From the NCBI GenBank assembly GCA_030390025.1, contig CM059432.1, positions 108,192,001 through 108,256,000 of the forward strand: a DNA stretch of 64,000 bases, in the 5' to 3' direction. Positions 36,086 to 47,980 of this stretch are shown piece after piece; position 1 is the stretch's first letter, and each line of letters begins with the position of its first letter. The notes under the pieces are model-generated. The model was not told where the DNA came from, did no database searches, and saw only the letters and a program-made list of their open reading frames with translations. The DNA is from Squalus acanthias (taxonomy: Eukaryota). Position numbers and translations under genes: made by a program.

Positions 36086-38005
36086 CATAGAATCATAAAA
36101 TGCTTACAGCACGGTAGAAGGCCATTCGGCCCATCGAGCCCGTGCCGGCTCTCTGCAAGAGTACCTCAGCTAGTCCCACTCCTCTGTAATTTCCCCGTAG
36201 CCCTGCAAATTGTTTTCTTTCAGGTACTTATCCAACTCCCTTTTGAAAGCTGTGATTGAGTCTGTCTCCATCACCCTCTCAGGCAGTGCATTCCAGATCC
36301 TAACCACTCGCTGAGTAAAAAAGTTTTTCCTCATGTCGCCTTTGGTTCTTCTGCCAATCACCTTAAATCTGTGTCCTCTGGTTATCGACTCTTCTGCCAA
36401 TGGGAACAGTTTCTCTCTATCTACTCAGTCCAGACCCCTCATGATTTTGAACACCTCCATCAAATCTCCTCTCAATCTTCTCTGCTCTAAGGAGAACAAC
36501 CCCAGCTTCTTCAGTCTATCCACATAACTGAAGTCCCACATCCCTGGAATCATTCTCGTAAATCTTTTCTGTACCCTCTCTAAGGCCTTCACATCCTTCC
36601 TAAAGTGCAGTGTCCAGAATTGGACACAATACTCCAGTTGAGGCCGAACCAGTGTTTTATACAGGTTCATCATAATTTCCACGTTTCTGTACTCTATACC
36701 TCTATTCATGAAGCCCAGGATCCCATAAGCTTTTTTAACTGCTTTCTCAACCTGCCCTGCCACCTTCAATGATTTGTGCACATATACCCCCAGGTCTCTC
36801 TGTTCATGCACACCCTTTAGGATTGTACCCTTTAATTTTATTTCCTCTCTATTCTTTTAACCAAAATGTATCACTTCGCACTTTTCTGTGTTAAATTTCA
36901 TCTGCCACATGTCCGCCCATTCCACCAGCCTGTCTATGTCCTCTTGAAGTCTATCACTATCCTCCTCACTATACTTCCAAGTTTTGTGTCATCTGAAAAT
37001 TTTGAAATTGTGCCCTGTACACCCACATTCAAGTCATTAATATATATCAAGCAAAGCAGTGGTCCCAGAACCGACCCCTGGGGAACACCACTGTATACCT
37101 TCCTCTAGTCCAAAAAACAACCGTTCACCACTACCCTCTGTTTCCTGTCACTTAGCCAATTTCATATCCATGCTGCCACTGTCCCTTTTATTCCATGGCT
37201 TCAAATTTGTTGGCAAACCTATTATGTGGCACTTTGTCGAACACCTTTTGGAAATCTATGTACACTACGTCAACCGCATTGCCCTCATCAACCCTCTCTG
37301 TTACCTCATCAAAAAACTCAATCAAGTTAGTTAAACACGATTTGCCTTTAACAAATCCATGCTGGCTTTCCTTAATTAATCCACACTTGTCCAAGTGACT
37401 TTTAATTTTGTCCCTGATTATCGTTTCTAAAAGCTTCCCCACTACCAAGATTAAACTGACTGGCCTGTAGTTGCTGGGTTTATCTTTACACCCTTTTTGA
37501 ACAAGGGTGTAACATTTGCAATTCTCCAGTCCTCTGGCACCACCCCCATATCTAAGGAGGATTGGAAGATTATGGCTAGTACCGCCGCGATTTCTTCCTT
37601 CACTTCTCTCAGCATCCTAGGATGCATCCCATCTTGTCCTGGTGACTTATCTACTTTAAGTACAGCCAGCCTTTCTAGTACCTCCTCTTTATCAATTTTT
37701 ATCCCATCCAGTATCTCCTCTACCTCCTCTGTCACTATGTCTATGGCAGCATCTTCTTCCTTGGTGAAGACAGCTGCAAAGTACTCATTTAGTACCTTGG
37801 CCACGCCCTCTGCCTCCATGCGTAGGTCTCCTTTTTAGTTCCTAATCGGCCCCACCCCTTCTCTTACTACCCGGTAACTATTTATATGCCTATAGAAGAC
37901 TTTTGGATTACCTTTTATGTTAGCTGCCATTCTATTCTCATATCCTCTCTTTGCCCCACTTATTTTCTTTTTCACTTCTCCTCTGACCTTTCTATATTTA
38001 GCCTG
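36086..38005 (-). mobile_element. Degenerate 5'-truncated CR1 LINE
   Basis: Fragmented RT ORFs 37451..37819, 37188..37448, 36425..36811 and 36170..36400 with CR1 motifs. Confidence 0.92.
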
Positions 38006-38624
38006 ATAGACAATTGTTGGAGAAAATGTCTGAACAAAAAGGCTGATTTACCAAGCAGTGTTGATGAGGGCACAGCGAAACGTGAATACATATTTGGTGG
38101 GGGAAAGACAGCCTCAAGGCATAAAAAGGTGTGAAATGTGGCAACTGACAGCATCGACACTGTCTCCTCAACTCTGAGGGCCTGATAGGAGATCCAAAAC
38201 GCACCTATCTTAAAGAAGAGCACAAAGGAAAGGCATGAATATTACTGGAAAATATCTGCAGAGGTGTATATAGACATATGAGAGAAAGTAATAGTATCTA
38301 TATATATATGCAAAATACCCTGTACTAGTAGAGAGAAACATTGTAAAGGATGTAACAAGTAAAGCAGTAGAAGTGAAAATAGCAGAATGCAAACTGCATG
38401 ATACATTTGAAGCAGAGGAGATACAGGGCAATGGAGAGAGAGCAGGACAGTGGGAGTAGCTTTGGATTACTTTCACAAAGAGCCAGCACAGACAGTATGG
38501 GCCAAATGGCCTCCTTCTGTGCTGTAAACGTCAATGATTCTTTGCCACAATGGGAGAAAGAACAATGCATAGTTATATACAACCTTTAATGTAGTAAAAC
38601 GTCCCAAGGCACTTCACAGGAGCG

Positions 38625-38945
38625 TTATCAGACAGAATTTGAAACCTAGCCACACAAGGAGATATTGGACAGGTGGCCAAAAGCTTGATCAAAGAGGTAG
38701 GTTTTAAGGAGCATCTTAAAGGAGGTGAGAGAGGCGGAGAGGTTTAGGAAGGGAATTTCAGAGCTTAGGGTCTAGACAGCTGAAGGCATGGCTGGCAATG
38801 GTGGGGTGAAGGAAATTAGGGATGCACAAGAGGCCAGAATTTGAGGAACACAGAGTTCTCGGGGGGTTGTAGGGCTGGAGAAGGTTACAGAGATAGGGAG
38901 GAGCAAGGCTATGGAGGGTTTTGAATACAAGGATGAGATTTTGAT
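38625..38945 (-). mobile_element. L2-clade LINE 3' fragment
   Basis: ORF 38758..38961 (ILVFKTLHSLAPPYLCNLLQPYNPPRTL) resembles an L2 RT C-terminus. Confidence 0.65.
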
Positions 38946-38964
38946 AGGTCAAATACATCAATAA

Positions 38965-39372
38965 GAAAGACTTTCACGACCTCAGGACATACCAAAGCAC
39001 TTTACAGGCAATGAAATACTTTTGAAGTGTTGTAATGTAGGAAACGTGGCAGCCGGTTTACGCACAGGAAGGTCCCACAAAAAGCAACGTGATAGTGACC
39101 AGATAATGTGTATTAGTGATGTTGGTTGAGGGATAAAAATGGTGGCCAAGGCACCAGGCAGAATTTCCCTGCCCTTGTTTGAAATAGTGTCATGGGATCT
39201 GTTACGCCCACCTGAGGGCCTCGATCTAACGTCTCATCTGAAAGATGCCAGCTCCAACAATGCAGCACTCCCTCAGTACTGCACTGAAGTGTCAGCCTAG
39301 ATTATGTGCTCAAGTCTCTGGTGTGGGACTTCAACACATGATCTTCTGACTCAGAGACGAGAGTGCCACCAC
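38965..39372 (-). mobile_element. Near full-length Deu-domain SINE
   Basis: tRNA-like head (reverse complement of ctctcgtctctgagtcagaag...aagtcccac) plus Deu core. Confidence 0.75.
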
Positions 39373-41924
39373 TGTACAACCTGTCCATCATTTAATCATT
39401 TATTTTGCAACTGAATTTAAACTAAAAGATTAGAAGTGCATTACTACTGGAAAATATTAGCAAAAAGTATACTTTCTATGTTTTAGCATTTATACGATTA
39501 AAATATGATGCTGTCTTTAGTTGAGATCAGTCTGTGTTCAGGGTACTTGTCTGGTATTGTGATAATCTCAAGGACACAGAGCTCAAGTGGCCATATTCTC
39601 AGTTGCCAGTATATGAAATGACTGTGCACAGAAACACTTTATTTTTTAAACTTATAAAAACGATGCCCTGAGAAATGTGCTCATTCTGTGCCTGGTAAGG
39701 ATCGTGTGTAGTGAGTATATAAATAAACTACCAGTAACAAAATACTCAATGAGCTAGGCATTATTTTCCATTTTGCTTTGACCGACTTTTCCTTTGTGAC
39801 AGTTTTAACAGTACTTATGCTGCCATACTATACCCCATGTTACTAACTGGATCAAGGAATCCCTATGAAATGGGAACAGATATACAGTGATTTATTCATA
39901 GGAATTATTCTTCACTGAAGAACATATTTATTTGGAACTTATCAATTAAAACCTACCTTTATTAATGAAGGCAATGTTGAGAATCCATTATCTCTAAGTA
40001 TCCTGTAATGACAGTGTGATGAGTCCTATTGCCCCAGAAGAAGCAGTCGCTTGCCTACACTCACTACATGTTCTGAACATTGTTTTACCGTGTATTCAGA
40101 ACTACAATATTTATACATCAGGGATCTGTAACCTCAAAGGTCACACTAAAGTCAATATAATAGTCACTGTTACATCTCACAAGGTTAATACCTCTCTCTG
40201 GCAGTCAAATCAGAATGAATATGGTAGATCGCAGTCATAGCCATTTATACTAATACACACTATATATATATATAAAATCAATTAATTTTCAGTATATTGT
40301 GAAAAATCTGCATCTAATGGTTCCAGTGGGCCACTTAGAGGCTGACCTTTACAGGCAATTTGAACAGCACATCCAGCAGTAAATTAAAACAACTTGATGG
40401 CACTATCTTACTTCAAAAGAGTACAGTGAAATCTCCTCGATAATTTAATCACATGAAAAGTGTTTGATCCTGTGCAATGAATGACACATCCACCAAGTTA
40501 AGAAATGCACTAAATGCTGGTGTTGTTTGAACGGTATTGTCCCACCTTAGGTGTTACACTGAATAAATTAAGAATCACAAATAATGTGTTATTAGCCATT
40601 TTTTAATTCCCCAGTGCCAACCACTGCACCTTTTTTTAAAAAAACGTACTGCGCAATGCTGATTTTGTTTTTAACTTCTCATAATGTCACATTGCCAAAT
40701 CAAGTTACACCTAATGTACTTAGTGAGGATTTCCTACCCAGTATTGGCAGAGAAACATTTTTTATTTGCTGTCAGCAGAAATTGATAAGTCTCTGGATAA
40801 AAGAGATGGTTTTATGCTTACATTACTGCCTTGGTCCAATCAATAACAACGGAAAAGGTCAAAGATTTCTCTCTCTCCATGAATCATTGCCAACCAGCCA
40901 GCTCACACCAATGAGCCCAACACTCCCCCTGACTACAGGTTGTAAACCAGATGCTCTCGCCACTGTTAATATCAAATTAAAGGCTTCTATTTCCATCCAC
41001 TCGGACACGGGCAAACCTGGTCAGATACCCGACCTCTTTGTGCCAGTGAAGTGAAGAGAACAAAATTCGACTGGGGGATTAGGGCGGTTGAGTGTATGGA
41101 GATATTAAAGGAAAGGAAATCCTCTTATAAAAGCCATGTGGGGGCGGGGATGAGCACAAAGCAGTGAACCTATCTCTCTTCAATTTGTCAACTGCTTGTT
41201 GGGACGACAGGAAAGGCCGAGTTAACTCTTTCCATACACAAACACTGCCCGGCTGCTGAGAGAAAGCCTTTACAAGCAGATTTTGAATCCAAAGCATGGA
41301 AGGTGCTGGGAATATTTGATGCTTCGGCCCAACAAATTCAAACAACAAATATTTCCAGTTCCATCCAATTTGGCGGGCTGTGATGGAAAAGGGGTGAATA
41401 ATCCAAGGGAATGACATAACCAACCTCTCGGGATGATCGACAGCAGAACACAACGATATCCCCAAATACACCAGAACTTAAATGCTGTGGGCACCAGATG
41501 GCCCGTTACTTCCAGCCGGATTCACTGTGCTTTCACAGGGCTCGCTCGATTCGCCATCAGTGCTTGACTTTTAAAGGTTGTTTATGGTTTATTTCACAGG
41601 GGGCTATAATACGAACCCGGCCCTGACCTTGCGGGTACAGGCAGGCTAACCCGCCCCACTCTCTGCTCTCGGCCCATCCGGATCGGCCTTTCCGCTGATC
41701 AGGAGAACTGGGACCGGAACCCCCGCAAACCCCCTCTCTCTCTCTGACCGGATCCTTGTAATGGCAACAAGAGATCGGATTCCATACGCCGCCATGGTAA
41801 ACCCGGCCGAAAGCCAGCAGCAAATCCCGGCCCTTTCCTGCTCTGCATCGGGCTGCATCTAGCCGGATCAGATCTCGTGGGCCGTGCCGAGCCGTGCCAG
41901 CAAATTCTACCCCAGCTTGTCTGG

Positions 41925-42252
41925 CTTTACCTCTGCCCCTCTCTTCCTACCTTCCCTTTACCTCCTCCCTCGGGCTTTCCTCCACCTCTCCTCTTCTCCC
42001 CCTCTCCTCTTTCCCCTTTACCTTCTCCCTCTCCCCTCCGCGGTCTCTCCCTGCTTCTTCCCTCTCCTCTCTCCCCTCTTCCCCTCTACCTCTCTCCTCT
42101 TCTCCCCCTCTGCTCTCCCTGTTTCCCCCTCCTTCTATCATATGTTCCTCCCTCCCCCCTTCCCTCTCTCCCTTCTCTTCCCTTTCTATCCTCTTCCACC
42201 TTCCCCTCTCCTCTCCTGCTCTCCCCCGTGTCTCCTCTCTCTCTCTCTCTCT
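41925..42252. repeat. ~330-bp polypyrimidine/polypurine low-complexity tract
   Basis: Almost exclusively C/T on the + strand. Confidence 0.9.
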
Positions 42253-42256
42253 GGCC

Positions 42257-42286
42257 GGCCGCTGTCCGCTTGTTCTTGGTGCTGAA
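42257..42286 (-). promoter_or_regulatory. Non-canonical (expanded spacer) RE1/NRSE REST-binding site
   Basis: Minus strand TTCAGCACC-AAGAACAAGC-GGACAGC: both RE1 half-sites match, with a 10-nt spacer, ~120 bp into intron 1 of a neuronal gene. Confidence 0.65.
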
Positions 42287-42408
42287 GTGCTCGGCTCAAT
42301 GCAGATTTGCAGCAGTGGGGGGGGGGGGAAACCTCGGAACAAAGGTACCTTTTCCGAAATGAAACCAAGAAGGCTGTGGCAGGGAGGAGGTTCTTATCAA
42401 CTCCTTAC

Positions 42409-42480
42409 CTTTTCCTGGGCCCTGTTCAGCCGTTTCTGAACGTTTTTAGCGAAGACTCCTGTTTTGATGTTGTCCGCCAT
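42409..42480 (-). CDS. AMPH: Amphiphysin, first coding exon (N-BAR helix 0)
   Basis: ATG in good Kozak context (GCCATGG). Encodes MADNIKTGVFAKNVQKRLNRAQEK versus human AMPH MADIKTGIFAKNVQKRLNRAQEK, then a phase-0 donor AAG|GTAAGG. Too short to appear in the ORF track. Confidence 0.93.
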
Positions 42481-43014
42481 GGCTGATCTGTGCGTGTGTC
42501 TCAATCCCTGAGCTGTACCTGGAACAGGCGGCCGCAGCTGAAACTCTTAAAGAGACCTCCACCCACCCAGCACATACACACATAAATGTATGCAAATATA
42601 TACACACATACACACAATGCTGTACATATACATTTATGCATACAGGTTTACCCATATAAACATGAATAATACCTAAATCCAACTGATTATGCTTTGAGGT
42701 ATTCCCGTGATAAAGCGCGGTAGAAATGTAAGTATTATACCAATAAACACGTATATAAACAAACAACAATATAGAAATATCCACAAATATGCCTAAACAA
42801 TCAGATGAATGCACACGAATACCTACACATACATATAAACCGATATACATATAGAAATATGAATATACAAAAAATGCACAAAACATTTGCAAGCACACAC
42901 ACATATTTGTATTTGTGTGTGTATGTGTGTGTAGTTGTATTTATATAGTTGTGTATGTATATATACAAATATGTAAATATATCCATATAAATAAATGACT
43001 TCACTCTTATTAAT

Positions 43015-44212
43015 TTTTTTTATTCGTTCATGGGATGCGGGCGTCGCCTTCTATCAAAGTTGCCTATCCCTAATTGCCCTTGAGAAGGTGGGAGTGAGAC
43101 ATCATCTTGAACTGCTGTAGTCCATGTGGTGAAGGTACTCCCACAGTGCTGTTAGGGAGGGAGTTCCAAGATTTTGCCCCAGCGATGATGAAGGAACAGT
43201 GACACCAGGATGTTGATGGTGGGGAATTCAACGATGGTAATGACGTTGAATGTCAAGGGGTGGTGGAGATAGTCATTGCCTGGCACTTCTGTGGTGCGAA
43301 TGTTACCTGCCACTTATCAGCCCAAGCCTGAACGTCATCCAGGTCTTGTTGCTTGCGGGCATGGACTGCTTCATTATCTGAGGAGTTGCGAATGGCACTG
43401 AACACTGTGCAGTCATCAGCGAACATCCCCATTTCTGACCTTATGTTGGAGGGAAGGTCACTGATGAAGCAGCTGAAGATGGTTGGGCCTAGGACACTGC
43501 CCTGAGGAACTCCTGCAGCAATGTCCTGGGGCCGTGATAATTGACCTCCAACCACCACAACCATCTTCCTTTGTGCTAGGTATGACTCCAGCCAGTGGAA
43601 AGTTGTCCCCCGATTCCCATTGACTTCAGTTTTACTAGGGCTCCTTGATGCCACACTCAGTCAAATGCTGCCTTGATGTCAAGGGCAGTCACTCTCACCT
43701 CACCTCTGGAATTCAGTTCCTTTGTCCATGTTTGGAACAAGGCTGTAATGAGGTCTGGAGACAAGTGGTCTTGGTGGAACCCAAACTGGGCATCAGTGAG
43801 CAGGTTATTGGTGAGTAAGCGTCGCTTGATAGCACTATCGATGACACCTTCCATCACTTTGCTGATGATTGAGAGTAGACTGATGGGGCAGTAAATGGCC
43901 GGATTGGATTTATCCTGCTTTTTGTGGACAGGACATACCTGGGCAGTTTTCCACATTGTCGGATAGATGCTAGTGTTGTAGCTGTACTGGAACAGCTTGG
44001 CTAGAGGCGCGGCTAGTTCTGGAGCACAAGTCTTCAGCATGACAGCCGGGATGTTGTCGGGGCCCATAGCCTTTGTGCTCAGCCATTTCTTGATATCACG
44101 TGGAGTGAATCGAATTGGCTGAAGACTGGCTTCTGTGATGGTGGGGACCTCAGGAGGAGGCCGATATGGATCATCCACTCGGCACTTCTGGCTGAAGATG
44201 GTTGCAAATGCT
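43015..44212 (-). mobile_element. CR1-group LINE fragment, same family as 24290-25960, internally deleted
   Basis: ORFs 43657..44178 and 43253..43654 are nearly identical to 25014..25826. Confidence 0.9.
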
Positions 44213-45732
44213 GTCGTACAAGTTATTTATATAATTTATATTCTTGTATTTCCATGCCTATTTATATTTATATTTGTAATTGTATTTATATGTGTAATTG
44301 TATTTATATTTGTAATTGTATTTATATTTGTAAAATTGATGCATGGTGATCTAGGACCGAGGATAACCGTGCATAAATACATACACCATCCAACCTGTTG
44401 CATTGCATTTAGGAGAAGCAGGTGGTTTATATTGTGTGGTTTGTTTCTATGTTTAGTTATTGCTAACTGGGAGCATGGGATATTGAGAATAATTCACCAA
44501 GTGAATTTGCTTGTGGGTTACATTCTGCCCAACATCACAAAATAGATGGGTTTCTATTTCCCATAAAAATGGCACAAGCATAAAAATAAATGAATAATTT
44601 TCCAGTTGCAAAAGGGATGTGAACCCACTGACCTACGCCCCTCAACTGTGATTCTAAATCCAGGCTGTAATACTGTGCCTGTATCTCAACAATTTGATCA
44701 TTATGTTCAAAAAGGGTTCCTTTGTGGGAAGCAGTTCATCAATGTTCACTGTCTGCTTAATATTGTTCATGTGGGAAGGAGGGAGGAGGACAGTAGGAGT
44801 ATGTTTGTGTGTGTGTGCTAGGCCAATGTAGCAGAGCATGGTCTCCAATCGTCTTGGATCCCCTTGCCATTGGACCAAGACCTTGCTCTGTCAAGCCCGT
44901 GTGGTAGCTGGTGTGCAACGGCCACCCCACGTAAAAGAATCCACGCACAGGCATCTTCCACCCTTTAAAATGAAGTTCGGGACCTGGAACATCAGGACCC
45001 TCATGGACAACCCCAACAGTGACAGACTGGAATGCCGTACTGCTATCGTTACCCGGGAGCTCAGACGTTTCGACATAGACATTGCCGCCCTAAGCGAGAC
45101 CCGACGGGCAGGGGAAGGCCAGCTCAAGGAGCAAGGCGGTGGATACACCTTCTTCTGGAAACCCGAAGAAGAACGCCGCCTCCATGGGGTAGGCTTCGCC
45201 ATAACAAATGAGCTAGTTGAACATCTTAGGGACTCCCTTTGTGGAATAAACAAACGCCTCATGACTCTACGGCTCACCCTAGCCCGGAACCAGTGCGCTA
45301 CGGTCATCAGTGTGTACTCCCCAACACTGGAAGCCACAGACGAGACCAAAGAGGAATTCTACTCCAGCCTCGAACAATTCCTGTCTGGAGTCCCAATGGG
45401 CGACATGCTGATCCTCCTTGGCGACTTCAACGCCAGAGTTGGAAAGGACACAGACCTCTGGGGAGGTGTGATCGGCAGAGAGCGGGTAGGGAAAGCCAAT
45501 TCCAACGGTACCCTCCTCCTGACGAAATGCTTAGAACATGGCCTTGTCATAACCAACACCTTGTTTCATCAGAGAGACAAGTACAAGGCTTCATGGCAAC
45601 ACCCTCGCTCCAAGCACTGGCAACTGCTGGACTACATCATCGTCCGAGCGAGGGACCGCAAGGACGTCCGCACCACCCACGCCATGACAGGAGCTGACGA
45701 CTGCCGGACAGACCATCGCCTAATCTGCACTG

Positions 45733-46355
45733 TGTGGAAGTGTATTTTCTTACTAGGACACAAAATGGCTTCCTAGACACAGAATATAAGATCCAAAATG
45801 GCCTACACTGTGACTGTTAGAAAGATTAGCCGTTGTTTATAGTTTCGACCTAATGAAGGAATTTCAGTTTGTAGACTGTTTAATTGTCCCCAATAAATAG
45901 TTTAGATTTGTAGAACAAAGAGTCTCTCTCTAATGAGATTAAGATAGCCAAGGACACAGTAAATCATCACCAGCCTTTGATTCCAGATGGCCTGGTGGGA
46001 GGAGAACAAGCTTCCTCTGTGAGAAGAGATTAGCTAGCCTTATCTCAAGGTATTCCTGCTCCTTTCACCTTTCTGACCTTTTAGAAAATCATCCTTAAAC
46101 ATACACATACTCCTTTTAACTTGTTTTTGTAGACGCTATGCTTTTTTAATCAACTGTGATTTAATACCATGTCATGTGATATAGAAAGCTTGTATTTTCA
46201 GTGTATAAAGATGCTGCATTTTCTGTAATTCTTTGGAGTGGCCATCGTAGCCTTTGACTACATGCTCTCTCCCCTTGCTGCAAGTAAATAATAAAGCCTG
46301 TCTTTGACGATACTTTATGTTTCAAGAGTCTTACTCGGGAGTCGAAACTTCGACA
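45733..46355 (+). mobile_element. Solo LTR (623 bp; ERV or Gypsy) nested in the RTE
   Basis: Inverted termini TGTGGAAGT...ACTTCGACA, 4-bp flanks ACTG/TCTG, TATA-like GTATAAAG (~46201) and AATAAA (~46289). The RTE reading frame resumes across it. Confidence 0.8.
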
Positions 46356-47980
46356 TCTGTCATCTCCATCAATGTAGCCCCAAAACAGCGGTGGCAACAG
46401 AAACAATGCCGCAGGAAAATCAACGCTGGAGCACTGAAAGACCCCGCTAAGAAAGCCCTATTCAGCCTGCGCCTCACAAACAACCTGACGACTCCCAGTG
46501 ATTCAGAGACACAGAGTGTCCACAGTGCCGGGTCTGCACTCAAGGCCTCCATAATCAGGACCTGTGAAGAGACGCTCGGTCACTCGACCAGGAAACACCA
46601 AGACTGGTTCGACGAGAACGACCAGGAGATCCAGGAGCTAATAAGCCACAAGCACAAGGCATTCCTGATCTGGAAACAGCAACAGAATTCGAGAGCAAGA
46701 AAGCAGCTCTACAGATGTCTGAAGGCCGAGGTCCAACAAAAAACTCGCGACCTAAAGAACAGATGGTGGGTGGAGAAAGCGCAGGAGATCCAGCAGCTAG
46801 CCGACAACCACGACATGCGTGGATTCTTTAGCGCAGTCAAGCACCCAAGGTCCTACCCCACTGCGGGCCAAGAATGGAGAGGTACTCATCAAGGACAGAG
46901 AGGCAGTCAGTGCCCACTGGAAGGAGCACTTCGAAGATCTCCTTAACCGAGACTCTGTCTTCAACGCGAGTGTCCTCAACTCCATCCCGCAGCATGCCAC
47001 CCGCCACCACCTCAGCACAAACCCAGCCCGGCATGAGGTTGAAAAGGCCATCCGACAACTGAAGAACAACAAGGCCTCAGGAGCAGATGGAATCCCCGCC
47101 GAGGCGCTAAAACATGGCAGAGAAGCACTATTGGCGCGAATACATGAACTAATTTCTCTTATTTGGAAGGAGGAGAGCATGCCAGAGAATCTCAGAGATG
47201 CCGTAATTGTGACCGTCTTCAAGAAAGGTGACAAGTCCGATTGCAGTAATTACAGAGGAGTCTCCCTGCTGTCTGCCACAGGGAAAGTCATCGCAAGAAT
47301 CCTGCTTAATCGCCTTCTCCCAGTGGCCAAAGAGCTCCTCCCAGAGTTGCAATGCAGATTCCGCCCACTAAGGGGCACAATGGACACGATCTTCACCGCA
47401 CGTCAACTACAAGAGAAATGCAGGGAACAGCACCAACCGCTGTTCAAGGCCTTCTTTGACCTCACAAAGGCCTTCGACACCGTCAACCGTGAGGGATTAT
47501 GGAGTGTCCTCCTCAAATTCGGCTGCCCTCAAAAGTTTGTCACCATCCTCCGCCTGCTTCACGACGACATGCAAGCCGTGATCCTGACCAACGGATCCAC
47601 CACAGACCCAATTCACGTACGGACCGGGGTCAACCAAGGCTGTGTCATCGCACCAACGCTCTTCTTGATCTTCCTGGCTGCAATGCTCCATCTCACCCTC
47701 AGTAAGCTCCCCGCTGGAGTGGAGCTAATCTACAGAACAAATGGGAAACTGTTCAACCTCTGTCGCCTCCAGTCCAGATCCAAGGTCATCCCATCCTCTG
47801 TCATCGAATTACAGTATGCATGATGCTTGCGTCTGCAAACACTCTGAGGCCAAACTCCAAACCATCGTCAACACCTTCACCGAAGCGCACGAGAGCATAG
47901 GCCTTACACTAAACATCTGTAAGACAAAGGTTCTCTACCAACCTGCCCCCGCCACACAGTACTGCTCCCCGATTATAAAT

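Larger units (their letters stand above)
41450..42560. promoter_or_regulatory. AMPH: CpG-rich promoter/first-exon region of AMPH
   Basis: Non-repetitive CpG-rich sequence around and downstream of the first coding exon, in an otherwise CpG-poor background. Confidence 0.55.

Noticed and set aside
39957..40002. 46-nt cryptic or poison exon in AMPH intron 1 (acag|...AAG|gtaggt on -)
   Set aside because: Weak polypyrimidine tract and no homology support, so it cannot be distinguished from chance.
41877..42439. Pro/Leu/Ser-rich and Glu/Arg/Gly-rich ORFs
   Set aside because: Artefacts of the polypyrimidine tract, which lacks stop codons in most frames.
44774..44960. HDV-like ribozyme in the RTE 5' UTR
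   Set aside because: Known for some RTE elements, but I could not build the nested double pseudoknot by eye. It needs a descriptor-based structure search.
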